A stretch of DNA of 64,000 bases, from positions 704,001-768,000 of the forward strand of contig CBDAOB010000005.1 of assembly GCA_965197905.1 (NCBI GenBank), written 5' to 3'. Origin of the DNA: Candidatus Latescibacterota bacterium (GTDB lineage Bacteria; Latescibacterota; UBA2968; UBA8231). Positions 48,146 to 59,003 of the stretch are shown here, one piece after another (positions within the stretch are counted from its first letter, which is position 1; every line of letters starts with the position of its first letter). The notes under the pieces were generated by a model. The model had not been told where the DNA came from. It worked only from the letters and a program-made list of their open reading frames with translations, and searched no databases. The translations under genes were made by a program, and so were the position numbers.

Positions 48146-51028
48146 ATGAGGTTTCTGTCCCGATGCGCCCCACTCGCGCTCGCGTATGTGTCTGCCGGTC
48201 TGTTGCTGTCAGGCGCTACCTACGCGAGCGTGGACAGCGCTTTCTTTCCGCCCGAGACCACGGATCTCCGTCTGGCTCTTCGCTACCCCCGCCCTGGGTA
48301 CGAGAATTACGCGATCAATCACTACGAGAATTACCCTGACCACAGCTGGAACACGCGCGTCCGTGGCCCCCTGATTGGCATAGCTCACGGCGTCGACCGG
48401 CCCAAGGCGTTCCTCGATCTCATGGGGAACCATGTCATCACGGGCCACGACCTGTATACCTGGGTCGAGCGGAGACAACCGGAGCAGCGCTTCGGCAGCG
48501 CGCTGTTTAAGGACTGGCCGGCGTTCCAGCCGCTCTTCACCAGTGTGGCGGTGGCCAACGACGGGTACGGCGACTGGGGATATCACATCATGGCGGGAGA
48601 CGGCCTGATCGCGCGGTTATCGCCTTTGACCCTGTCCAAAACTGATCTATACGGGTTTCGGTTTGATTTTTCTACGCCGCTTTTGAAACTAACAGGTGTC
48701 GGATCGCGTATCGCTCGCCCCAACCGCGAGGCCTCCTACAATGCGGACGGCGGAGAAATAGACGTCAATCACTCCACCATGCTGCTGGGTGGGCGCGCTC
48801 AGCTGGATATCGGTCGGCTTTCGGTGGGCATCAACGGCGCTAACCTGCATTCCTACAACAGCACCGAGACCAACAACTCGATAAAGGGCCGACTGCGACG
48901 AGACCAGCCCACCTACTCTTTTCTGGCGGTGCGTTTTTCGGACGATGCTCCTCAAGATGGCAGGCCCGGTGCGGCGATACAGAGCGTGCTGTTGGTGATC
49001 AATGGGGAGTCAAGGTCCGATCTGCAACCCGGCATCTTTCGCACGCGGTCAGGAACGCGACCCCAGGTCGGACGCACCCTTTCGACCGGCCGATTCATCG
49101 CTTCGGCCTACACCAGCATAACGGGACCGACCGTCTATTACCGGGATCAGGAGCTGCCGCTGTTCGCCGATTTTCTCTATCGGCTGGATCATGAAGCGGG
49201 AGTGGATGTATCCGATCTGGTTCGTCTGGAGGGGATGCTGGAGGAAATTCAGCTGGTGTCACCAGAGGGAATTCAGCACGCCGACGATGGTGAGCAAATC
49301 GTCTACTTCTACGATCTTCGGAACGAACCGTACATAGAATCTGTTGCAGTCGAGGCGGTGGTAGGCAACGACTACCTGGTGGAATGGGCTGGGATCAATC
49401 TCAACGAGATCAACGACACGGCGCCCCGCTATGAAGATCGATATCAGGCATCGTTCTATCGCACCGCGTTGCGCGCCAAAGGAAGAGTGCAGGATCTGTC
49501 CAACCTGGCGCGCCGGCGGTTCGAGGTGGCGGAAAACACGGCGATCTTCACCTACAGTTGCGATCTGCAGCTGACCTTGCCGTGGCTGGACATCAGCGGC
49601 GAGTACGCGCGGTCAGCGCTCTACTCCCGTTATCCGGCCCGCACGCAGGAGCAGTCCCTGGTGAACGAAGGCCCCCGCTTCGACCTGCGAGGCAGCGCTT
49701 ATTTTCTCAACGGGATCAGGCGGTATGACCGGGGCATGCTCGGTTTCGAGGCGTTTTCCATGAATTCAGGTTTTACCACTGACATGCCCACCTACCTCAA
49801 GAAGGACCACGGATATCGCACCAGCCGTGGACAGGACCCGCTGTGGCTGATGACCAACGATACCGTGATCTGGAGTCTTGTGCAGGACAACGAAGATGGT
49901 GATCGCTGGCCCGACTTCTTCGTCGGCAATATCTTGGGCAGTGGGGGTGAAACCGCCGACCGGGACGGGGTGTTCCCCGGTCAGGACGAGGACAACGATG
50001 GATTGGTAGAAACGGACCGCAACTTCAACGGTACGCCCGACTACGAAGAGACGTTCTTGCTTTTCGATGTGGAACCAAACGAGTACGTCTACGGTCTCGA
50101 TCGCAATAACAACGATGAGCCGGACCATCGCGAGGACGATTGGGAATCGGACTATCCGTACGATTCCGATCAGCGCGGCTACCACCTCTTTGGGCAGCTG
50201 AATCTCACGCCAAGCTGGTCTGTTGGGACGGGACGGTACGCCGTTAAGGGACTGGCCGGCGGTGGCCACAATCGCTCGTCGTACGCCCTGTTTGCCTACC
50301 GATGGCAGGGGCGGGACCGCGTGCGGCAGCTATTCTTCGAGAACAACCTGCGCCGTGTGGAAGATGATATCGCCGACAACCACATTCAGTTCAACCGCGG
50401 TAGACGCGAGCGTGACGATCCGCTGCACTATCAGAGCAGCAACGTAAACGAAACCTATCTCGAAGGTGATTTCCGCCCCTTCTCGCAGCTTCGCCTGGTA
50501 CAGAGGCTACGAGTCCGATTCAACTGGCAGCGTGGCGGTCAACTGCCGTCCGGACAGTTTCAGCGCCAAAGACGACTGGACTTCACCGCCTACGTCAGCC
50601 GTCTGGATTACACCTGGAACCGGGGCAGGTTCAGCCTTGTCCCACAATTCAAGTTTCTGTATATGCGTCTGCGTGACAGTGAAATCGATCGAGACCTGCT
50701 GTCGGAACAGCGGATCGTACCGATTCTGAAGATGAGTTATGCGGTCGTTTCGAGAACCACGCTACAGCTGGGAATCCAGGGGTGGGGTCCGTTACCATAC
50801 CGCATCAAAAATAGGGCGCAATCCCGCGAGAGCCTCAAGCAGCGCACGCTGGTGTTCACTACCACCAATCGCACTCGTTACCTGGGATACGACTTGATTA
50901 CGATTGTGGGGTTCAGCAAGGACAGGCTGATTTTCGACGATCCGGCACAGCGTTTCCGTGCGCGCAATTCGCTTCAGTTTTTCGTTCGCAGCGCCCTTGG
51001 CTTCACCGAGTTTGGACGCTTGCTCTGA
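48146..51028 (+). CDS. Large secreted or outer-membrane protein of unknown function (paralog A)
   Basis: Signal peptide, Dx(D/N)xDG loops and amphipathic C-terminal strands; 960 aa; colinear with 60581-63535. Confidence 0.75.
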   Translation: MRFLSRCAPLALAYVSAGLLLSGATYASVDSAFFPPETTDLRLALRYPRPGYENYAINHYENYPDHSWNTRVRGPLIGIAHGVDRPKAFLDLMGNHVITGHDLYTWVERRQPEQRFGSALFKDWPAFQPLFTSVAVANDGYGDWGYHIMAGDGLIARLSPLTLSKTDLYGFRFDFSTPLLKLTGVGSRIARPNREASYNADGGEIDVNHSTMLLGGRAQLDIGRLSVGINGANLHSYNSTETNNSIKGRLRRDQPTYSFLAVRFSDDAPQDGRPGAAIQSVLLVINGESRSDLQPGIFRTRSGTRPQVGRTLSTGRFIASAYTSITGPTVYYRDQELPLFADFLYRLDHEAGVDVSDLVRLEGMLEEIQLVSPEGIQHADDGEQIVYFYDLRNEPYIESVAVEAVVGNDYLVEWAGINLNEINDTAPRYEDRYQASFYRTALRAKGRVQDLSNLARRRFEVAENTAIFTYSCDLQLTLPWLDISGEYARSALYSRYPARTQEQSLVNEGPRFDLRGSAYFLNGIRRYDRGMLGFEAFSMNSGFTTDMPTYLKKDHGYRTSRGQDPLWLMTNDTVIWSLVQDNEDGDRWPDFFVGNILGSGGETADRDGVFPGQDEDNDGLVETDRNFNGTPDYEETFLLFDVEPNEYVYGLDRNNNDEPDHREDDWESDYPYDSDQRGYHLFGQLNLTPSWSVGTGRYAVKGLAGGGHNRSSYALFAYRWQGRDRVRQLFFENNLRRVEDDIADNHIQFNRGRRERDDPLHYQSSNVNETYLEGDFRPFSQLRLVQRLRVRFNWQRGGQLPSGQFQRQRRLDFTAYVSRLDYTWNRGRFSLVPQFKFLYMRLRDSEIDRDLLSEQRIVPILKMSYAVVSRTTLQLGIQGWGPLPYRIKNRAQSRESLKQRTLVFTTTNRTRYLGYDLITIVGFSKDRLIFDDPAQRFRARNSLQFFVRSALGFTEFGRLL

Positions 51029-51056
51029 ACTCTTGTACGGATGGGCACAAATCGCC

Positions 51057-52820
51057 CTAGCGGGTTTCAGGGCACCGGCCCGTTCCCGGCGCGATGCGGA
51101 CGATCTGATTGGCGGCAAAATCTCCGAATTCTTCCTCCGAGCCGTCCGGCCATCGCACCACCACGCCGAGAATCTCTGTTTCCCGGCCCAGTCCAAAGTG
51201 GACCCGCGGGTCGTTGGCGGCAAGATAGCTGTAGGCGGAGCGGACATCGCGCATTTTCCGGATCGATCCCACGCCTGCCGTCACCCGCGCTCCCTCAGCG
51301 GGGCTGCCCGCACGATTTACCACCTCGAACATGATCCAGTTGCCCCGGTTGGGGGCCCGGTTGTGCAGCAGATGGGCCGGAGCATCGCGATTGACCACCA
51401 GCAGGTCCATGCCCCCGTCGTTGTCAACGTCGCCGAAGGCCGCCCCCCGGCTGGTGGCGGCGAGCAGCTCGGCCGTCCCACCTCGGGGCAGGACCTCTTC
51501 GAAACGAGGCCCCGGTTGTCCTCTAAAGAGGATATTCGGCTCGGCAAACGGATCGACGCCGTAACGTTTGGGGTTGTTCTTGTAGATGCGTCCGTTTGCC
51601 GAGTAGAGATCGAGCCGTCCATCATTGTCGAAATCCACCATGCCCGCACCGAACCGAGTAAACAGGGTGTTTTGAAGCGCCAGGCCGACAGATGCGGTCA
51701 TATCCGAGAAATACGAGCCCGCGTTCCGATAATAAGAGTCGGTCTCCGTTTCCAGGTTGACTACATGCAGATCGAGGGTGCCGTTGTCGTCCAGATCGGC
51801 GACGTTCACCCCCATGCAGGCCTTCGGGCCACCGCTGTCGTCCACCGCGCATCCCCGGAGAACCGCTTGATCGGCGAATGTCCCGTCTCCCTGATTCATC
51901 CATAGCTGGTTCTTGCTTCCGTCGTTCGCCACGAAGATATCCGGGTGTCCGTCCTCGTCGAAGTCCGCACAGACCACCCCCAACCCGGCGCCATAGGCGG
52001 TATGCAAGCCGGACGGCTCCGACACGTCCCGAAAGCGGCCTTCGCCGTCGTTGAGATACAGCAGGTCCGGCACCGCTGTCTTGTAATTGACCGGGCCGCA
52101 ATAGTCCGGCTCTCCAAGGGAGGATACACACTCCTGGTCGGTCTCCACCGACCAGTCGAGATAATTCGCCACGAAGAGATCGAGATCGCCGTCCCTATCG
52201 AAATCGTGGAACGCGGAGCTGGTGCCCCAGTTGCGGTCGTTCACACCAAACGCTGACGATACGTCGCGAAATCGCACGCCGTCCTCATTCGTCAGCAGAA
52301 GATTGGGGCCGTAGTTGGTCACGTAGAGATCGGTCAATCCATCGCCATCAACGTCGCCGGCGCTGACTCCCATTCCGTATCCGGTATGGCCACTGCCGCT
52401 CCCATCAGTCACGTCGGTGAACATGCCCGTGCCGTCGTTGCTGAAGAGGCGATTCCCGCTTCTGCGACTCGCATCCGCCAGAACCCCGGCCTGCACGAGA
52501 TAGGCGTCTAGGTCGCCGTCGTTCTCCATATCGAACAATCCGACCCCGCCGGCCATGATCTCAGGGAGCAGGTGCCGCTCTCTGAATCCGGAGTCGAGGC
52601 TGAATGAGATACCCCGTTCCTCGGCGACCTCATGGAACCATGGTCTCCGGGCATCGACAGCTGAGCGAGTCGGGGTTTCGGGCGCCCCGTTCTCAGGGCG
52701 GCCGTCGCACCCGGGCTCTAAAAGTGTCAGGAATAGGACACTAATGAGAGGTATAAATCTGAGGAAGGGCTTACTTTCCAGCACGTGGATGGGAATGACT
52801 GTCCGAAGGGTGAAAAACAC
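51057..52820 (-). CDS. CRTAC1/ASPIC-UnbV family FG-GAP repeat protein
   Basis: Repeated DxDxDGxxDL(F/Y)V motifs, SRGAAFGDVDNDG, SYLAANDPRVHFGLG and VRWPDG. Confidence 0.92.
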   Translation of the reverse strand: MFFTLRTVIPIHVLESKPFLRFIPLISVLFLTLLEPGCDGRPENGAPETPTRSAVDARRPWFHEVAEERGISFSLDSGFRERHLLPEIMAGGVGLFDMENDGDLDAYLVQAGVLADASRRSGNRLFSNDGTGMFTDVTDGSGSGHTGYGMGVSAGDVDGDGLTDLYVTNYGPNLLLTNEDGVRFRDVSSAFGVNDRNWGTSSAFHDFDRDGDLDLFVANYLDWSVETDQECVSSLGEPDYCGPVNYKTAVPDLLYLNDGEGRFRDVSEPSGLHTAYGAGLGVVCADFDEDGHPDIFVANDGSKNQLWMNQGDGTFADQAVLRGCAVDDSGGPKACMGVNVADLDDNGTLDLHVVNLETETDSYYRNAGSYFSDMTASVGLALQNTLFTRFGAGMVDFDNDGRLDLYSANGRIYKNNPKRYGVDPFAEPNILFRGQPGPRFEEVLPRGGTAELLAATSRGAAFGDVDNDGGMDLLVVNRDAPAHLLHNRAPNRGNWIMFEVVNRAGSPAEGARVTAGVGSIRKMRDVRSAYSYLAANDPRVHFGLGRETEILGVVVRWPDGSEEEFGDFAANQIVRIAPGTGRCPETR

Positions 52821-53175
52821 GGGCAGAATCTACGGAGGAACCGGTACGGCGGACAGTTGTTGCTGCTGCAACCACCCTTCGGCGGCGGGATTGGGCGCGA
52901 TCTCTTTCGCCACCGTCGTCAGGAGATCGCCCTGACCCGCGCGGGAGCTACCGCAAGAAACGTCGTAAATCGCAGCGGTCCGCTTGCCGGGGTTGTAATT
53001 GCGCAGTGCGGTTAGAGAGTCGTAATTTCCACCGTACGATGCAGGTTGTCACGGCGGGAATATCGATATCACCATGCGGTGGTCGGATCGAGTTGTTGGT
53101 GGCGACCGCAGTCTGTACATACCACGAGGTGGGCACGCCGCCTCCCGGTTGTGGTCGACACCAAGGAGACAAACC

Positions 53176-54288
53176 ATGAAAATCGAACGCATCGAAGTTC
53201 GCTCGGTGGGGCCTCCGACTGAACAGTTCACCTGGTCAGACGATCTGCCGGCCCAGTACGCCACCAACACCGTGCTGCGGCTGTATACGGATGAAGGGTT
53301 GGAAGCGGTTTCCGGAGTATGGAACGCCACGTCGTACGGCTACGAGAAGTACACCGCCGAAGCCATCCGCCACATCACGCCCATTCTCATCGGCCGCGAT
53401 CCGCTGCAGCGGGAGGCGTTGTGGCACGATATCAGGCCCAGGGTCTTCCCGGTGCCGCCCCAGGCCCTGGCCTCCATCGACATCGCCCTGTGGGATTTGG
53501 CCGGAAAAGTGGCGGGGCTGCCTATCTATCAAATTCTGGGCGCCAGGCGAGAGCGCATCCGCTCCTATGCCAGCACCCCCATGCTGGAGGATATACCCGC
53601 CTACTTGGAGTTCGTCGCGGGGCTGTTGGCCCAGGGTTATACAGCGGTCAAGTTCCACACCTGGTGCGTCCCTGACAAGGACCTCGAGCTTTCCAGGGCG
53701 GTGGCCAGGGAGTTCGACACCGGGGCCATCGATTTCATGCTGGACGCGGAGAACAACTACGATCGGGCCAGTGCGCTGAGAGTTGCCCGTGAGATTGAGG
53801 AACTGGGATTCACCTGGTTTGAAGCCCCCCTGCCCGACTGGGACCTGGACGGCTACCGGGAGCTGACGCGAGCCACCTCCATACCGGTGTTGCCCTCGGG
53901 CAACTGGTACATGGACCTGATGACCTTCAACGAGGCGATCAAGACCCACACTTGGAGGTCCGCCCGCACCGACGTCCACATGATGGGCGGGATCACCCAA
54001 ACGCAAAAGGCGATGGCGCTGACGGAAGTGGCTGGCATCAACTGCGAACTGATGTCCTGGGGATACAGCCTGAACTCAGCCGCCAATCTCCAGGTGATGC
54101 TGGCCCACGACCATTGTTCGTTCTACGAACACTCGGTGCCCCAAGAACCGTACGAGTACGGCATGCACGACGTCATTCGCTCGGATGCCAACGGATACGT
54201 GCGCGCCCCCACCAAACCCGGCCTGGGCTTGGACGTGGATTGGGAGCGGATGGAAGCGGCTACCTTCCACCAGTTCACCATCAAATAG
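53176..54288 (+). CDS. Mandelate racemase/muconate lactonizing enzyme (enolase superfamily)
   Basis: SD AAGGAG; IDIALWDLAGK, YAS, MLDA, WFEAP and PGLG. Confidence 0.92.
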   Translation: MKIERIEVRSVGPPTEQFTWSDDLPAQYATNTVLRLYTDEGLEAVSGVWNATSYGYEKYTAEAIRHITPILIGRDPLQREALWHDIRPRVFPVPPQALASIDIALWDLAGKVAGLPIYQILGARRERIRSYASTPMLEDIPAYLEFVAGLLAQGYTAVKFHTWCVPDKDLELSRAVAREFDTGAIDFMLDAENNYDRASALRVAREIEELGFTWFEAPLPDWDLDGYRELTRATSIPVLPSGNWYMDLMTFNEAIKTHTWRSARTDVHMMGGITQTQKAMALTEVAGINCELMSWGYSLNSAANLQVMLAHDHCSFYEHSVPQEPYEYGMHDVIRSDANGYVRAPTKPGLGLDVDWERMEAATFHQFTIK

Positions 54289-54314
54289 CGCTATTGGGCA
54301 AGGGCTTAGCGCTA

Positions 54315-55157
54315 CTAACGCAAGAGCAGCATCTTGCGCGTTGACATCCGCGCACCTGATTCCAGGCGATACATATATACGCCAGAAGCCAAGTATCTCC
54401 CCGCTTCATCTTGTCCATCCCAGCTCACCGCGTACGCCCCGGCCGCCGCGAAATGTCCCAACAATTCGCGGACTCGGTGTCCATCTGTGTTGTAGATCCG
54501 CAGAGACACTGGCCCGCGCTCAACCAGGACGAAGCGGATGGTCGTAGCCGCGTTGAAGGGGTTGGGATAGTTCGCCTCCAACGCAAAGCGATCCGGCTGC
54601 GCTTCACGTGCTGTCACGTCGGTTGTAGACTCCGCTGCCTGTCCCTGTGCAACCGCAAGGTCTGACAACGCTTTTTCGATAGCTGCCGTGATACCCTTCA
54701 CGTCCGCTTGATCCGACAGACCGGTGGAGCGAAAGCGGATAAACCCCTCGTGGTCGACGACCACAAAATTGGTTTGTTGCAGCCCGTACAATCTTATCAG
54801 CGACCTCGCCTTCATCAGTAGCGGGAAGGTTACGAACGTTGTCCTGCGAAACTCGAATTCTACCTGCCGGGGGGATCCATCCCATACATCGACGCCAATG
54901 GTGATGAAAGGTCGGTTTTTGTATTCCTGCCAGATCTTTTCAATCTTCGCGGCCTCCGCGATACAGAAGTGTCAGGCGTAGCCAAAGATGTCTATCAAGA
55001 CCACTTTGCCCCTGAAGTCGCTCAGGGACACCTGGCCTCCGCCCAACTGCTGCAGCGTAAAATCAGGCGCAGGATCGCCCTTCCGCAGCTCACCTTGCGA
55101 AGCGTTCGGCCACACCAGACCGAGAATCAGTAGCCATGAATAGATGGATCGGGGCAT
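54315..55157 (-). CDS. Selenoprotein: secreted TlpA/redoxin with UxxC plus C-terminal FlgD-Ig domain (280 aa, Sec at TGA 54972-54974)
   Basis: GDPAPDFTL..SLSDFRGKVVLIDIFGYA-TGA-HFCIAEAAKIEKIWQEYK..IGVD..FPLL reads in frame into ORF 54315-54815, which has NYPNPFN..WDGQDEAG..ASGVYMYRL..KMLLLR. Confidence 0.88.
54947..54961 (-). promoter_or_regulatory. Bacterial SECIS-like hairpin
   Basis: mRNA UGA-CACUUCUGUA-UCGCGG-AGG-CCGCGA: a 6-bp stem whose G-containing loop follows 16 nt after UGA. Confidence 0.6.
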
Positions 55158-55347
55158 ACTCCAACACCAGGTGAGACAGTAGATAGGAGAGATTATTTAG
55201 TACGGGGGCGTGTGACCATCCGCGCACCCGTACGAGAATGATACACCATTAGATCGCTTCTACAGCTAAATGGTTTCGTCCCACATGGAAAGCAGTGGCC
55301 TGAAGGTGCACTCGTCCGCAACGGGTCGGCGGTGGAGCGAATAGAGC

Positions 55348-56463
55348 CTAGCGCGACCAGCTCTGTCCGGGAAAGGGGGCTCGCAAGTCGTAGGCTCCTT
55401 CCTGTATCACGGGCAAGGTGCCGTCTTCTACCATCATATCGAGGGGACTTTGGCGCGTTCGGAGGGGCATGGCAACCACGTTCTTTATGCGCAGGGATTC
55501 GTAGATCGCCATCATGATCTCCATCGTGTACCGCGCCTGGCGGCCCGTGCTGCGGTGCTCAGCGACGCTGCCCTCCATCCAGTGGATCAACTCCTTGAGC
55601 TGGTCGGTCTGCAACGGTTCTGGGGTGATCTCCTGCCAACCGCTGCGGTGGTCCTGGTGCAGCAGGACGTGACCATCCGGGCGCAGCGCGATCTTCCCGT
55701 CACTGCCAATGACGCCGCTGAGGTCGCGGCTGGTTGCCCAACCGGGATTGCCAGCCACCGCAGGGGCCGGGGGCAGCATCATGCCCGGCTCGGGCAAGTC
55801 CTGTTCGTAGACGCCACGGATGCCGCCGGCGAAACAAACGATTCCAGCGCAAAGGTCCTCGCAGTAGCTGCGGCGTTCCCACCGATCGGTGAAACGCGCC
55901 GTCTGGGCGATGACCCAGAGAGTCTCCGGATCCGACAGCGAATAGCGCCAGGAATCGATCGCGTGGGTGCCTGAGTTCAGCAGTCCGGAAACTGGTCGGG
56001 CGCGGTGGTACACGAGAAGCGGCTGGCCGATGGCGCCGTCGGCCACGAGCCGGCGCACCTCATTGAGGGTGGGACAGAAGCGGTTCATGTGGCCTATGAC
56101 CAGCTTGACCTGGTGGGCGTCACAGGCGGCAATCATGTCGTCGGCCTCGCCCAGAGAGGCCGCCACCGGTTTTTCGCACAGGATCGCTTTGACACCCGCT
56201 TCGGCAGCCGCGACGGTGGGTTCCTTGTGAGCGCATTGCCAGGTGGTAATGCTGACAATATCCAGATCCTGTTCAGCCAGCATGTGGTGATAGTCGCTGT
56301 ACGCGGCAGGAACCGAAAACTCCTCGGCGAGCCCATTCAGCGGCTTTTGGTTGACGTCCATCGCAGCGACGACGTCAGTGGCGGGGTTCTCGGCGTAAGC
56401 GCGCAGGTGGGAACGTCCCATCGTGCCGCAGCCTATGATACCGACCCGGTAGGTATCGGTCAT
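55348..56463 (-). CDS. Gfo/Idh/MocA oxidoreductase
   Basis: IIGCGTMG, ILCEKPVA and LLNSGTH. Confidence 0.92.
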   Translation of the reverse strand: MTDTYRVGIIGCGTMGRSHLRAYAENPATDVVAAMDVNQKPLNGLAEEFSVPAAYSDYHHMLAEQDLDIVSITTWQCAHKEPTVAAAEAGVKAILCEKPVAASLGEADDMIAACDAHQVKLVIGHMNRFCPTLNEVRRLVADGAIGQPLLVYHRARPVSGLLNSGTHAIDSWRYSLSDPETLWVIAQTARFTDRWERRSYCEDLCAGIVCFAGGIRGVYEQDLPEPGMMLPPAPAVAGNPGWATSRDLSGVIGSDGKIALRPDGHVLLHQDHRSGWQEITPEPLQTDQLKELIHWMEGSVAEHRSTGRQARYTMEIMMAIYESLRIKNVVAMPLRTRQSPLDMMVEDGTLPVIQEGAYDLRAPFPGQSWSR

Positions 56464-56478
56464 GGTTTGGTCACCTCC

Positions 56479-57111
56479 TTACGAGCCGTCGTCCGCGACC
56501 CGCAGCGCAAGGTCGTTCCAGACGCCACCCATCTCATAAACGGCATTGAAGGTGCTGCAGATTTCATCCATCAGGTGGACGCGTGAGGTGCCCTCGGCCG
56601 CGCCGTCGCCGAGGTTCTTCTTGAGCTCTTCTGCCCGCTGCGCACTGGCTGCGGCAGCCGTCGCTGTGGCTCGTGCCAATTCCGCAAAATGGTCTACCAT
56701 TTCCTCCAGAGGGGTCTCCATGTCGGTGGTGACATTGAAGTGGTGGGGAGGGGGAAAGCGGGGAGCATGGCGCTCGCCATCGGGATCTCTGCCAGTGTGG
56801 GTGGGATAGATGTGTGGGGTGACGGAGAGATACATGATCACCTCCTCATCTCCCAGAGCGCGGAGCGTGTGCGATTCATGGGCGAGGGCAACGATCATCT
56901 GGCCGGGCCCAACCTCGGCCTCCTCGCCGCCGATTTCGAACAGACAGCGACCCTGAAGCACTATGAAGATCTCGTGACCCAGATCGTGACTGTGATATTG
57001 GCCACCTCCTGGCCCGGGAGCGAGGCGCATCAAACGGGAGCGGATCTGCGGCGTAACCAGAAAATTGTTCAGGTCCTCTTCTCTTCTGAAGTCGTAGACT
57101 TTAAGTCCCAT
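56479..57111 (-). CDS. Cupin domain protein
   Basis: SD AGGAGG before ATG 57111; YHSHDLGHEIFIVLQG and GPGQ..HESH. Confidence 0.82.
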   Translation of the reverse strand: MGLKVYDFRREEDLNNFLVTPQIRSRLMRLAPGPGGGQYHSHDLGHEIFIVLQGRCLFEIGGEEAEVGPGQMIVALAHESHTLRALGDEEVIMYLSVTPHIYPTHTGRDPDGERHAPRFPPPHHFNVTTDMETPLEEMVDHFAELARATATAAAASAQRAEELKKNLGDGAAEGTSRVHLMDEICSTFNAVYEMGGVWNDLALRVADDGS

Positions 57112-57157
57112 GGTCTTTCCTCCTGCGTCGATAACGATGGCCTCGTCGTAGCACGCT

Positions 57158-58001
57158 TCACCTTTTGTTAATGTCTGCCAGAATTTCAGGGCCTCGTTCA
57201 CCGGAAGATCTCTCGCGGGCTGTGCGCTCGAGATATTCTCGGGTTCTGCCCGTGAGAACGCCGTAGAATCGGCGCGCTTCCCCGTCGGGATGGTCGCGCC
57301 ACAGAGATGCGGGGATCATGGATGAGCTCGAACCCTCGAGGTCCCTGCGGTGGCGATGGCCGTAGCAGATCTGTACGGATTTGCGTTCGGACTGCGTTGG
57401 ACGCACGGAAACGGAGTGCAGAACCGAGACGTTGAGCAGCGTCGCCGTACCGGCGGTCCCGTAGAGTTCGCGGATCCCGCCGCGCTCGAGCTGAGCTTCC
57501 TTATCCAGGATTTCCTGATCGACCGATTCGGGCGAAACGGCGAGGCTGTGGGTCGTAGCGTCTACGTCAGCCAGGTAGATTATCAGCATGATCAGGCCGA
57601 TGCGCAACGGATGTTCCGGCCACATGAACCGTTCCCCGCCGTTGCGATGCCAGCGGTGCCCTACCGGCCCTTCCCACGAGGTTAGCCCGGGAATCGACTC
57701 ACCTGCGTACGGCCCCATGTGCCGCAGGCAGATTTCCGAGAAACAGAGTTCGTCGCCCATCAAGGCCTGGAGCGGCTCCATGACCATCGGGTGGCGAACT
57801 ATGTCATTAAACTCGGGCGTTGTAAGGAGCGCGTCGCCGTAAATCGTTTTGCCAGATCCCGGTATCCTTCCAGAAATTGCCCCGGTCCCGTCGTTCCTGG
57901 TCGAAAAGTTGCGTAAAGTGGGTCACCTCATCGTCGCTAAAGATCTTTCCCAACGACAGGTAGCCGTTGCTCCTGAAGAAATCGTAATCCTCTTGCCTCA
58001 T
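57158..58001 (-). pseudogene. PhyH-family dioxygenase with a +1 frameshift near 57847-57850
   Basis: FFRSNGYL N-terminus; removing one A from CAAAACG gives IWQTIYGDALLTTPEFNDIVRHPMVMEPL, which joins the two ORFs. Confidence 0.8.
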
Positions 58002-58098
58002 TGCGTGCCTTCCCTTCGTCAGGCGTCCGGCCTGTCGCAGCCTCTTGGGGAATTCGCTGAGCGTTGTGACTGCAGAGCAGGTAAGGTAGCCATCGGCA

Positions 58099-58917
58099 CT
58101 ACGAGTTCGCCTTGAATTTCACCAGCTCTTCGGGCATGTGTCCCTGGTGCGCCAGCACCTGCTCGAGATGAGTCTGTCGCCGCGGTCCGGCCGTGGCCAG
58201 CATGATTTCGTCGTACATGCTGTCGATGCCGTAGCGAACGTGAGCAGTGATACAATCCTTCAGTATGCTAATGTGCTCGTCGGGAACGCGTTCGCAGCAG
58301 TTGATCGTGAACATGCGACGTCGGGTGCCGCCGCCGAAGGACGCGTGCTTGAGGCTGTGAATGAAGACCACGACGTCGCCCGGCTCGGTTTCTACCGCCA
58401 GCGACGGTAGGTCTGGCCCTTCTACCCCCCACTTTTCGGACGACTGCTTGATCTCCTCGTGCAGCTGCGAGGAATAGACATCTTCGAGTCGGTGGCTTCC
58501 CGGAATCAGACGCAGGCAGCCGGAGTTCCGCTTTACGGAGTCGAGGTAGAAGGCGACTTTCACGAATCTCACCTCACTGATCCAGCGGTCTGAATGCCAT
58601 GGCGTGTCACCGACGAAGAAATTGCCGTCCGAGCCGACATAGTTGAAGCCCTCGCCAACCAGGCCTTCCACGAGTCCTTCAATCCGGGGGTCTTCCAGTA
58701 GCGCGCACAGACGCTCGTGCTGGTCGATAAACGGTATAATCGACGAGCGCTTGCCGCCGGAGTGCCATTCGCCGTTGTTACTGGGCCGACGCGTCCAGAC
58801 TTGCTCGAAGGCATCGATGATTTCGCCGACGCTGTCGCGCATCAGACCGGGTAGGGCGATAAAACCGAAGGTTTCGAAGAAGGATTTCTGGTGCGGAGAG
58901 AGCCGAAAGCGGTCCAT
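58099..58917 (-). CDS. PhyH-family dioxygenase
   Basis: FFETFGF, WHSD, GCLRLIPGSH and PGDVVVF..LKHAS. Confidence 0.9.
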   Translation of the reverse strand: MDRFRLSPHQKSFFETFGFIALPGLMRDSVGEIIDAFEQVWTRRPSNNGEWHSGGKRSSIIPFIDQHERLCALLEDPRIEGLVEGLVGEGFNYVGSDGNFFVGDTPWHSDRWISEVRFVKVAFYLDSVKRNSGCLRLIPGSHRLEDVYSSQLHEEIKQSSEKWGVEGPDLPSLAVETEPGDVVVFIHSLKHASFGGGTRRRMFTINCCERVPDEHISILKDCITAHVRYGIDSMYDEIMLATAGPRRQTHLEQVLAHQGHMPEELVKFKANS

Positions 58918-59003
58918 TATCCACCGTCCTCTTCTGGTGAGTCTGAGGCGTCAGCTAGCCTGATCTCGTGTTGCGCGGATCGTATCAGAGGGTATGCGTG
59001 GTA

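Noticed and set aside
55200..55233. Hairpin upstream of the selenoprotein gene (and a similar one at 42067-42086) as a riboswitch
   Set aside because: Single short stems with no recognisable aptamer motif or U-tract
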